Below, one piece after another: positions 1 to 7,087 of a stretch of DNA of 48,391 nt. Each line of letters opens with the position of its first letter. Position 1 is the stretch's first letter. This stretch comes from a virus (lineage: Duplodnaviria > Caudoviricetes): the IMG/VR virus record IMGVR_UViG_3300034127_000010, positions 1-48,391 of that record; one strand, 5' to 3'. Below the pieces are notes generated by a model that saw nothing but the letters and a program-made list of their open reading frames with translations, was not told the origin of the DNA and searched no databases. Both the position numbers and the translations under genes were made by a program.

Positions 1-15
1 TACTTCGGTCTGCCT

Positions 16-95
16 GACGCGCGTCGCGGGCTTCATCCCACGGGTCAACGTCAGGCAGACCGAAGTAGCAGCCACCCGATTCGACGTAGAGGGCG
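16..95. repeat. Terminal direct repeat (80 bp), identical to 48312-48391; assembly overlap of a circular genome
   Basis: GACGCGCGTCGCGGG...CGTAGAGGGCG is present at both ends, and an ORF reads in frame across the join. Confidence 0.95.
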
Positions 96-135
96 GCGAT
101 CACCCCCGCACCTGTTCGTTGAGGCGGGAGATTTC
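96..135. repeat. Gene-tail repeat R1 copy 1 (40 bp)
   Basis: Identical to 1173-1212; on the minus strand it encodes EISRLNEQVRG-stop overlapping the next GTG start. Confidence 0.95.
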
Positions 136-489
136 CCGAGCATCCGCCAACAGGAAACGTTCGCGCTCCCGATCAAGCGCACGGTGCCACGCTTGCCAGA
201 CGATCGTATCAGCAGCCTCACGATCGCCAGCGGCATCGAGGCGTGCGACCACGTCCGCAAGATGCACATTGTTCACGGCGCGGTGCTTGCCGATCGTCGG
301 AATGCGACCTGCGAACTGATCGATAGCCCGCCTGATCGCGCGCCATTCGGGATCGGGCTCGCCGTTCTCTGGCGGTTCGATCGGCGCTAAAATAATGCGA
401 TCTGCGGCCCGCAAATAATGCCCTTGGTCCGGATGGTCGAAATCCGTCTCTTCTCGGATTATGGCGGCGATGCGCTCTCTCTCGATCAT
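100..489 (-). CDS. Hypothetical phage protein ending in the R1 peptide
   Basis: Start overlaps the upstream stop (ATGA), and an RBS GAGAGG is present. Confidence 0.75.
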   Translation of the reverse strand: MIERERIAAIIREETDFDHPDQGHYLRAADRIILAPIEPPENGEPDPEWRAIRRAIDQFAGRIPTIGKHRAVNNVHLADVVARLDAAGDREAADTIVWQAWHRALDRERERFLLADAREISRLNEQVRG

Positions 490-926
490 GCTACCTCTCC
501 ATGCGGGTTACAGTGGCGGCAGGGGATGGCATTGTCGCACCACTCGGGTTCGTTGCTGCCGTAGCAAAGATCATCGCAGCATCCGTGCCGCCAGCCGCTA
601 TCGCAATCGACGCAGCCGATTCCTGGCGAGTCGTCGTAATCGAAGCAGACGCACGACATGAGCCCGCAATCTGGGCAATGAGGGTCTTTTTCCTTACCTG
701 GGATCGCAGAGACGCCATCCGCGTTGTTGAAATACAGGCCGGGCAAGTCGCTGCCGTTGGGCTTGCCGCCCTCGATCGTGCCAAGCTCCTTCACCACTAG
801 CGCACGCGCAACAGCCCACGCACCGGGCCCACGAAGCTCGACGCCATAGCCGCCACCGCCGCGCGGATTATCGCCACTCTCTGCGATCATGCGCTCCTGC
901 GCCGCGCTCAGGACACGCCCGCTCAC
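486..926 (-). CDS. Cys-rich (multiple CxxC) hypothetical protein
   Basis: GTG at 926 overlaps the upstream stop; contains CPDC, CVDC, CCDDLC and CRHC motifs. Confidence 0.65.
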   Translation of the reverse strand: MSGRVLSAAQERMIAESGDNPRGGGGYGVELRGPGAWAVARALVVKELGTIEGGKPNGSDLPGLYFNNADGVSAIPGKEKDPHCPDCGLMSCVCFDYDDSPGIGCVDCDSGWRHGCCDDLCYGSNEPEWCDNAIPCRHCNPHGEVA

Positions 927-968
927 CCCACCACCTGCGCATTCAGCCGGTCGGTGTCGGGGAGGGGG
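920..968. repeat. Gene-tail repeat R2 copy 1 (49 bp)
   Basis: Identical to 47719-47767; encodes PLPDTDRLNAQVVG-stop/GTG. Confidence 0.95.
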
Positions 969-1180
969 TTTTGGCGCGCGGCCATCCTGGCGCAACGAGC
1001 GCAGCAGTCGGCCGAAACATCGTCGATAGGACCGATGATCAGCCAATCTGAGCAATCCACCCCGCAAAGGGTGCGCATCTTGTCGCCGCGCAGGTGATAA
1101 ACATCGCGCCTCCACCACTGGTGGCCCTTGGCGCCGCTCTGCACGGATGGGCGAGGGCGGTTGGAGCAGACAGCGATCAC
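923..1180 (-). CDS. Small putative zinc-binding protein (H..TLCG..CARC)
   Basis: Starts at the GTG in R1 and stops in R2. Confidence 0.65.
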   Translation of the reverse strand: MIAVCSNRPRPSVQSGAKGHQWWRRDVYHLRGDKMRTLCGVDCSDWLIIGPIDDVSADCCARCARMAARQNPLPDTDRLNAQVVG

Positions 1181-1212
1181 CCCCGCACCTGTTCGTTGAG
1201 GCGGGAGATTTC
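1173..1212. repeat. Gene-tail repeat R1 copy 2
   Basis: Identical to 96-135. Confidence 0.95.
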
Positions 1213-1449
1213 GGGGTGGGATGCTGCGCGGCCGGCATCGGTGAGCTGGCATTCCCTGCGGTCGCCGTCAGATGGAGCCCATTCGGCGAGCCCGAGAGAG
1301 ATCAGCCGGCCAACGACCGTGGGCGATCCGCCCTGAATGCGCCAAGCTGCGTAGCCGAACTTGCGCTGGTAGACACTGCCATGCCCGATATCGGACAAGG
1401 TCGTCCGCTGCAGAGGTGTGAGGTTAGCCATCTCAGTGCGCCTTGCCAT
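1177..1449 (-). CDS. Winged-helix-like hypothetical protein, first gene of the second leftward operon
   Basis: LTPLQRTTL...VGRLISLGLAEW...QLTDAGRAA fits a wHTH pattern. Confidence 0.65.
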   Translation of the reverse strand: MARRTEMANLTPLQRTTLSDIGHGSVYQRKFGYAAWRIQGGSPTVVGRLISLGLAEWAPSDGDRRECQLTDAGRAASHPEISRLNEQVRG

Positions 1450-1452
1450 TAA

Positions 1453-1544
1453 AAGCGATGTCGCTTATGTAAGCGATGTCGGTAACCGCCGTCAATAAGC
1501 GATGTCGCTTTATTTTTGAGGTGCAGATGATTTCCGATGTCGCT
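1453..1544. promoter_or_regulatory. Four AAGCGA-TG-TCGCTT operator-like palindromes over a divergent promoter
   Basis: Full copies at 1453-1466 and 1497-1510, partial copies at 1471-1481 and 1535-1544; the minus strand has TTGACG-17nt-TTACAT. Confidence 0.75.
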
Positions 1545-1736
1545 AACGAACCGCGCATGGGGCGGCCACCACTCAACCGGGATGACGTGACGAAGCGAAC
1601 CCAGGTGCGGTTCGAGGCTGAGATGATGGCGCGCATCGACGCAATCGCTGGGCCGCACCGACGCGCAGAGTTCATCCGAGAGGCTGTGGAGCGCGAGCTG
1701 GAGCGGCGGGAATCGAGCGCGGTAAAGTCGCGGTAA
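1527..1736 (+). CDS. Ribbon-helix-helix (CopG/Arc-like) repressor
   Basis: MGRPPL..KRTQVRFEAEMMARIDAI...RRAEFIREAVERELE; GAGGTG RBS before the ATG at 1527 (an alternative start is M at 1557). Confidence 0.8.
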   Translation: MISDVANEPRMGRPPLNRDDVTKRTQVRFEAEMMARIDAIAGPHRRAEFIREAVERELERRESSAVKSR

Positions 1737-1957
1737 AACCTCACGCGAATCGGCCGATGTTCTACAGGTGTTCCGGGGTCGCCTTCACCGGAAACGGCAG
1801 AAAACCGCCGTTTTCCCATACCACGGCTTCGTTGACATCGCAGGGGTCGCAAGTTCAATCCTTGCCACGCCCACCAGTCTAAGCCTCGGGAATTGTTATT
1901 CATTTAACGCTCCCGAGGCTCACGACATTCCCGCCATGTGCGGTAACGTCGCGGTAA
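1719..1957. mobile_element. attP: attP: core is the 3' half of tRNA-Val(GAC) (about 1830-1876), flanked by arm-type repeats
   Basis: CG-TTGACAT-CGCAGGGGTCGCAAGTTCAATCCTTGCCACGCCCACCA gives an anticodon loop, T-arm, acceptor strand and CCA with no D-arm. GCGGTAANGTCGCGGTAA occurs at 1719-1736 and 1940-1957. The site is adjacent to the integrase. Confidence 0.9.
1759..1773. promoter_or_regulatory. Alphaproteobacterial LexA (SOS) box
   Basis: GTTC-TACAGGT-GTTC is a perfect GTTC-N7-GTTC. Confidence 0.55.
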
Positions 1958-3162
1958 GCCCCTGATTCGAACGCTCCGGGGCAACCCGATTCGATCTCGT
2001 CAATCACGTCCTCAATCACCGCCAGAGCCCGCCTGAGATAGGTGGGCGAGAACGGCGCGTAGAGGTCGGTCGTATCGTCGAACTTGTCGTGCCCCATGAA
2101 GAGCGACACTTCCTGATGTGCCTCCAGCGGCAGCGCCAGGCGGACGATGTTGCCCATCGATCGGCGTATCAGCTTCATCCCCGACTGCCCGTTGCCGGGT
2201 AGCCCTAGCGCCTTCTCCATAGACACCCATGCGTTCTCGACGCTCTCGGTCGGGATCAGCGGGCCTGAGCACGCATTCATGATCGGCATCATTTGCCGGG
2301 CCATCGGGACGGTCGCCCGGAATTTCTTCGTCTGCCGGCGCCCGGTCGGGTTCAGGTTGAGGATCTTGTGCTTCTTGTCCCACTGCTTGCGCGCCGGGAG
2401 CGTCGATACATCGTGCGCCGCGTCCGGTCGCGCCATCGTCGCCACGCTGATACGGAGGAACGATAGCAGCCGCGACCGCTCGCGCTTGCGCCGTTCGATC
2501 TCTTTCGGGGAGCGCGCGGTCGGGCCGGCCGGATAGAGGCAGTAGCGGAACATGCGCGTCAAGCCGGGAACATCCTCACGGTGCGTCGGGGTCTCGTTGA
2601 CTTCCTTCGGCTGCATCGCCTTGAACTGCGCCTCGACCCCACCGCTTTCGTTGATCGCGGCGGCGAGCTGCAACACGCTGTTCTCGACGGTCGACACGGC
2701 GCGGGTGCGCTCGGCCCCTTTGGACGAGACGATCGGACGGGGTGCCATCCAGTCGCGGAACACCTGCACCCAATTCTCATCGATCTGGGCGCACTTCGCC
2801 GTCGCCTGCCCGCTCTCGACGAGATACGTGAGGACGTGGCCTAGCCGCGTCGTCATCGCGTCGATGGACGGCTTGCCAGCCTTGACCTCCAGGTAATCGG
2901 CGATCGCTGCGGTCACGTACACGCCGTCCCGCTTGATTCGCTCCCCGCATGTTGGGCAGAACTTCTCGCCTTTGGTGCGGGCGCGGTATTCCTGGTCGAG
3001 CTTCTTGCTGGCTGCTTCATCATCGACTGTGCCCGCGCTAATGCTGCGCTCGCGCTTTCCGGCTTCGTCGTACCAGACGATTTCGTGGTTTCGTCCGGCG
3101 CGCGCGTAGAGGCGGAAATCCCCCCGCTGATAGATCGGCTTCGGGCGCTTCGTTGCAGGCAT
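1900..3162 (-). CDS. int: Tyrosine recombinase (phage integrase)
   Basis: Catalytic pattern ATMAR, KLIRRS, MGH and TTDLY; lies next to a tRNA-derived att core. Confidence 0.9.
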   Translation of the reverse strand: MPATKRPKPIYQRGDFRLYARAGRNHEIVWYDEAGKRERSISAGTVDDEAASKKLDQEYRARTKGEKFCPTCGERIKRDGVYVTAAIADYLEVKAGKPSIDAMTTRLGHVLTYLVESGQATAKCAQIDENWVQVFRDWMAPRPIVSSKGAERTRAVSTVENSVLQLAAAINESGGVEAQFKAMQPKEVNETPTHREDVPGLTRMFRYCLYPAGPTARSPKEIERRKRERSRLLSFLRISVATMARPDAAHDVSTLPARKQWDKKHKILNLNPTGRRQTKKFRATVPMARQMMPIMNACSGPLIPTESVENAWVSMEKALGLPGNGQSGMKLIRRSMGNIVRLALPLEAHQEVSLFMGHDKFDDTTDLYAPFSPTYLRRALAVIEDVIDEIESGCPGAFESGAYRDVTAHGGNVVSLGSVK

Positions 3163-3314
3163 TGCTCTTGCTGTTCCTTGACCGCGGCCTCGCAAAGGAT
3201 GGCATAGGCGCCCGACACGACCAACAGGTCAAGGTCATCAACCGAAAGCTGCACCGCCTTTCCGTTCTCCAGCTTGCGCGAGACGCGGCGCACCAAGTCC
3301 CCCAAGCTACCCAT
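2913..3314 (-). CDS. Hypothetical protein at the xis position, overlapping the integrase start
   Basis: ATG at 3314 is coupled to the upstream gene; folded-looking N-terminus with a Ser-rich tail overlapping int. Confidence 0.5.
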   Translation of the reverse strand: MGSLGDLVRRVSRKLENGKAVQLSVDDLDLLVVSGAYAILCEAAVKEQQEQCLQRSARSRSISGGISASTRAPDETTKSSGTTKPESASAALARAQSMMKQPARSSTRNTAPAPKARSSAQHAGSESSGTACT

Positions 3315-3642
3315 TCTCTGATCCTTTAGGTGCGGTGGGGGAGAGAATGCGCTGCGACGGCGCGAACGCACGGTTGTGTTGATCGACGTGGCATCCTGCC
3401 TTGCGCCAGGCATCGAACGCCGGCCAGAAGTCGGAACTCGGCGCTGGCTGACGACTCAGGGGCTCTCCATCCTTGTCGAGCAGGATAGGGCCACAGACAC
3501 CGTGGAATTCGAACGACCTGTATCGGTTGTTGATCTCCATCAGGAACGGACCAACACACCCGAGTGATTGGCTGCTCTTGTTGACGAACGCATTGCGCCG
3601 CTCGCGCTGGCGTTCCGGTGTGTTGCGATCTGGCTCTTTCAC
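3307..3642 (-). CDS. Hypothetical protein
   Basis: Coupled ORF in the early operon. Confidence 0.65.
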   Translation of the reverse strand: MKEPDRNTPERQRERRNAFVNKSSQSLGCVGPFLMEINNRYRSFEFHGVCGPILLDKDGEPLSRQPAPSSDFWPAFDAWRKAGCHVDQHNRAFAPSQRILSPTAPKGSENG

Positions 3643-4046
3643 CCCTCCCTCCGATCGATATCGCCGGGGAGGGCCGGCACGCGCTCGCTGGACATTTCGT
3701 CGAGACTTGCGCCATCGAGCGTTGCCTTTTCAGCGAACCATGCAATGAAGGTTTCCTTCAGGCGCGCTTCAAGGTCGCGCTTAGCTTTTTCGTCGGGCTC
3801 CCCCGTCCAGCCGTCTTCCCACCAGCACTCGTCCTCGTTCAGCCGCTCGCAGATATCGTCAGCGTCGAACAGGTCGAATGACGGGACCATACTGCGGCAC
3901 TGGGCGATCCAGAACTCGGCGCCGTCATATGCGCCGCGCCCGCCAAGGATCGCGTCCTCGCGAGTCTCGCCGCCACGATGCCACCATTCCGCATCCGGTT
4001 GGTCGCTGTAATACCAGCGGACTGGGTTGTTGATCTCGACCATCAC
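3639..4046 (-). CDS. Hypothetical acidic protein
   Basis: Coupled ORF with a GGAG RBS. Confidence 0.75.
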   Translation of the reverse strand: MMVEINNPVRWYYSDQPDAEWWHRGGETREDAILGGRGAYDGAEFWIAQCRSMVPSFDLFDADDICERLNEDECWWEDGWTGEPDEKAKRDLEARLKETFIAWFAEKATLDGASLDEMSSERVPALPGDIDRREG

Positions 4047-4723
4047 TCCCCTCCTTCGACGGGCGAGGAAGGCGAGAGAGCGGCGATTGCGCGAACGGCG
4101 GCCATAACTTCGTCAATCTGCTCGTCGCCGTCTTGCGGGGGCCATTCCATCGCGGCCATGGCCTTGCAGGCGGCTTGCGCGCACTCTTCGACCACAGCCG
4201 CCCGCAGCTTCTCCGCACAGGCGACAGGATCGGTGGGCGGGGGAGTGGTCAGCGTGTCGAGCAGGTTCCGCGCGTCACGACGCTGCTCGCGAATAACGCG
4301 GGCGAGCCGCTTTGCATCAGGCTCGCCATCCCTCGGGTGCGAGCTTGCGCCGGCGATCCTCTCGACGAACGCGCGAAGTCGCTCCCCCTCGCTCACGGGC
4401 GCGGGTTGGGCGGCGAGGATGGCGTCGGCCTTGGCGAGCGAGCGATGGATAAATTGCGCGCGAAAACCTTTCGCTTTCGCCAAATCATCAAGCGCCCACT
4501 CCTCTGGGTCAATGATCCGCGCGATACGCTCTCGCTCCACCGTCGCCAGATGCGCTCTGCTCTGACGAGTGACCTGTGAAGCGATAGGGGCGCCGCAGCC
4601 CGGTTCCTGAGTTAGTTCGTGGGCAGGTAAGGAACATGCGGCGCAAAGACCCGCACCGGGCTCTCCGCAGCGCGGTGGTAGGGTGACGCATGCCGCCGCC
4701 CGCTGCTCCGTGTTGTCGGTCAT
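4043..4723 (-). CDS. Hypothetical mosaic phage protein
   Basis: Coupled ORF carrying the ERIARIIDP..SLAKADAILA module. Confidence 0.7.
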   Translation of the reverse strand: MTDNTEQRAAACVTLPPRCGEPGAGLCAACSLPAHELTQEPGCGAPIASQVTRQSRAHLATVERERIARIIDPEEWALDDLAKAKGFRAQFIHRSLAKADAILAAQPAPVSEGERLRAFVERIAGASSHPRDGEPDAKRLARVIREQRRDARNLLDTLTTPPPTDPVACAEKLRAAVVEECAQAACKAMAAMEWPPQDGDEQIDEVMAAVRAIAALSPSSPVEGGE

Positions 4724-5016
4724 GATTGAATCCCTCTCGAAACGTCGATCGCAAACACCTCAACCGGGTCTGGTCCGAAATGCGGGTGTGTGATCGCGCG
4801 GTGGCTGTAGCCGTTGTATTCGCGGGTCAGGCGAGTAAGGCCCTCGACGCCGCCACCTTTCGGATAGCCGCGCGTCAGGACGATGTTGTCGTAGGCCCGG
4901 TTGACAATCCGCTTTTGCCAATACGGGGTCGCGAGCCGGTATTCCTCGGGCTTCGTGCCGGCCGCAATCTGGTCGAAATATTCGCCGTTAAGGGCGAGCG
5001 TGAGTGTCTTCCTCAC
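4720..5016 (-). CDS. ASCH domain protein
   Basis: LTLALNGEYFDQIAAGTKPEEYR matches the GxKxxExR ASCH signature. Confidence 0.85.
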   Translation of the reverse strand: MRKTLTLALNGEYFDQIAAGTKPEEYRLATPYWQKRIVNRAYDNIVLTRGYPKGGGVEGLTRLTREYNGYSHRAITHPHFGPDPVEVFAIDVSRGIQS

Positions 5017-5384
5017 TTCGCCTGCTCCTGCAAATAGGCCCTGATGGCCTTTCCCTTGGCTTCGGCTGCGAGTGCGCACCGAGCCTCGAAATCGCGCCGA
5101 GCGGCAGTGCGACGGCGCTGATATTCGCCATCAATCCCCGACAATGTCTGGCATGCAAGATTGGCGGCTTCGCGATCCGGGAAGAACGCTATCGCGCCAA
5201 CGCGGGTTATCTGGCTCGGGTGTCCGCCGCGCTCCAGCATCACCAGTTTCGGCGTGATCTTCGCCACCTCTCGCGCGTGATACCTTGACGCGTTGGTCCA
5301 TCCTGCGTCGAACACGACCCAGTCGCCGGGCTTCCCTGCCTCGCTCAATCCTGCCGCGATGGTTGCGATATCCGGGGTCACCAT
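5013..5384 (-). CDS. Hypothetical protein (SH3-like barrel plus coiled coil)
   Basis: KPGDWVV..REVAKITPKLV; coupled ORF. Confidence 0.65.
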   Translation of the reverse strand: MVTPDIATIAAGLSEAGKPGDWVVFDAGWTNASRYHAREVAKITPKLVMLERGGHPSQITRVGAIAFFPDREAANLACQTLSGIDGEYQRRRTAARRDFEARCALAAEAKGKAIRAYLQEQAK

Positions 5385-6001
5385 GGTAAATCGTCCTCAA
5401 CTGTGCGCATGGCTTCGCCACCGGGCTCTTGCCCTTCGGGCTGAGCCGCCTGCGGCGTCTCATCGCTACGCGCTTCGATCCCTTGCGCGGGCGTTGCCCT
5501 GAGGCATCCGACCGGACGATATCCGGAATAGCCTTCCTCCTCTGCCGAGTAGCCGAAACAGCCGGCGGTCGTTCCGTCATCGCGCGGGACGGCTTGGCAA
5601 ACGGAGCATACGGCCCGCGTCGGCTCATCCAGCGGAGCCAATCGCCATGACGGAACCTTGCAATAGAGCGAGGCGCTTTTAATGTAGTCGCGAGCTGGCG
5701 TTTCGTGGTCGCTCTCCACGTCGTCGACGACGATCTGAAAGCGGTTTCCACGTTCAGCGACGACTGTTGCTGGCCACGTTTCTTGACTGAAGTCTTGCCG
5801 TCCCCAATCGTCCGTATCGCCAGTTGGCACAGGCCACCAGACGCTAACCCGCTGGCCGACAGAGAACACTGGCATACGGGCAGAACAGCGAAACTTCACC
5901 GACGTGACGCCAAGTCCCTTAAGGCCGGCGGCTAGAGAAAGACGACGGGTGCAGTCGCTCTTCTCATGCAGACAATTCATGCAGTTGCGGAAGTGCGTCA
6001 T
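5378..6001 (-). CDS. Hypothetical Cys-containing protein
   Basis: CMNC and CSVC motifs; GGAG RBS. Confidence 0.7.
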   Translation of the reverse strand: MTHFRNCMNCLHEKSDCTRRLSLAAGLKGLGVTSVKFRCSARMPVFSVGQRVSVWWPVPTGDTDDWGRQDFSQETWPATVVAERGNRFQIVVDDVESDHETPARDYIKSASLYCKVPSWRLAPLDEPTRAVCSVCQAVPRDDGTTAGCFGYSAEEEGYSGYRPVGCLRATPAQGIEARSDETPQAAQPEGQEPGGEAMRTVEDDLPW

Positions 6002-6151
6002 GCCACCATCTCCCAAATAAACCGCCCGACGATCACCAGCCCGAACGCCACAGAATCACCCGAATCGGCCAGCCAGCCTCGCCCATCGAATCCCACGCGC
6101 TCTGGTCGCTCTCGTCTCGCGGGCGCGGATTGATCGGGGTGTGGGGGTTCG

Positions 6152-6316
6152 TCACCGACCGCGCCCAAAGAACCGACCAATCCGCTCAGCCAGCGGTATC
6201 CGCACGCCCGGGAACATGCCGAACGGTGCCAGGCTATCGCTGGTGACGTGGACCGCGCGCCAGTCGATGGCTTTGCGACGCGCGTGGATCGGGGCGTAGA
6301 TGTCGGTGCGAGGCAT
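6152..6316 (-). CDS. Small basic protein (54 aa, MPRTDIYAPIH...)
   Basis: Read manually; AGAAAGGA RBS; too short for the ORF track. Confidence 0.5.
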   Translation of the reverse strand: MPRTDIYAPIHARRKAIDWRAVHVTSDSLAPFGMFPGVRIPLAERIGRFFGRGR

Positions 6317-6361
6317 AGGATGTCCTTTCTGGGGCGGACCCGCGAGCCCGCCCCATGGTGG

Positions 6362-6994
6362 TTACTTGGCGGCCTTGGTCCGCTCGTCGGCCGTGAAAGT
6401 GGCGTCGAGGCGGTTGCTGGAGGTCGCATATCGAAGGGTCGCAGCGCTGGCGGCAGCCATCGTGCCGCGCATGCCGGTGCCGGACGCGGCGAAGTTCATT
6501 GCGGTCGCCGCCTGCACGCCAATCCCGGCGCCGACAGAGAATGCGTCTTGGTTCGCCCCCAGGTACAGGACGAGCCAGTTATCCTTCTCCTGCTTCTCGT
6601 CGAGCAGCTTCTTGACTGCGTCCTTCGTGTATTCGCGGCTGGCGTTTTCGTGGCCGTCCGTGAGGATCACTAGAGCCTTGTTCTTGCCCTTCGCGTCAGC
6701 CAGCAGGGTTACGACCTTGCCGATCGCATCGTACAGCGGCGTGGACGCGCGCGGCTGGTAGGTGTCCGTGGTGAGCGGTACAACTTCGCCGATCTTCACA
6801 TCATTCACAATGGTGTCGACAGACTGGCTATCGAAGATCGTCAGACTCAGCTTACTGCCGGGTGCATCCTTCGCCAACGTTTCCACGTAAGCATTGAATG
6901 CACCTATAGTATCGGTCTTTATCGAGTTCATCGAACCGGATCGGTCTAGCACAACGTGGACTGTGAGTTTTGCTTTCTTGTCGGTCATCTTCAT
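6362..6994 (-). CDS. von Willebrand factor A (vWA) domain protein
   Basis: MIDAS motifs VVLDRSGS, TPLYDAIG and ILTDGHEN; AAGGAG RBS; flanked by hairpins. Confidence 0.9.
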   Translation of the reverse strand: MKMTDKKAKLTVHVVLDRSGSMNSIKTDTIGAFNAYVETLAKDAPGSKLSLTIFDSQSVDTIVNDVKIGEVVPLTTDTYQPRASTPLYDAIGKVVTLLADAKGKNKALVILTDGHENASREYTKDAVKKLLDEKQEKDNWLVLYLGANQDAFSVGAGIGVQAATAMNFAASGTGMRGTMAAASAATLRYATSSNRLDATFTADERTKAAK

Positions 6995-7087
6995 TCTCCT
7001 TGGTGGTGGGTATCTGCCGGAACCGGCCGGGAGTTCGGGGGAACCGGCCGGTCCCGGGGCGCGAGCACCTTGCCCGCGCTTGTCTGG

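Noticed and set aside
1-19. First 19 bases are the reverse complement of 49-67, resembling a hairpin telomere or terminal inverted repeat
   Set aside because: The right-end copy continues with different, in-frame coding sequence and no protelomerase is present. It is most likely a fold-back read artefact.
96-1212. CRISPR array or integron attC sites
   Set aside because: Only two copies of each repeat, gene-sized spacing, no palindromic attC structure and no cas or intI gene.
1827-1876. tRNA-Val gene
   Set aside because: Only the 3' half is present, without D-arm or 5' acceptor strand. It is the attP core.
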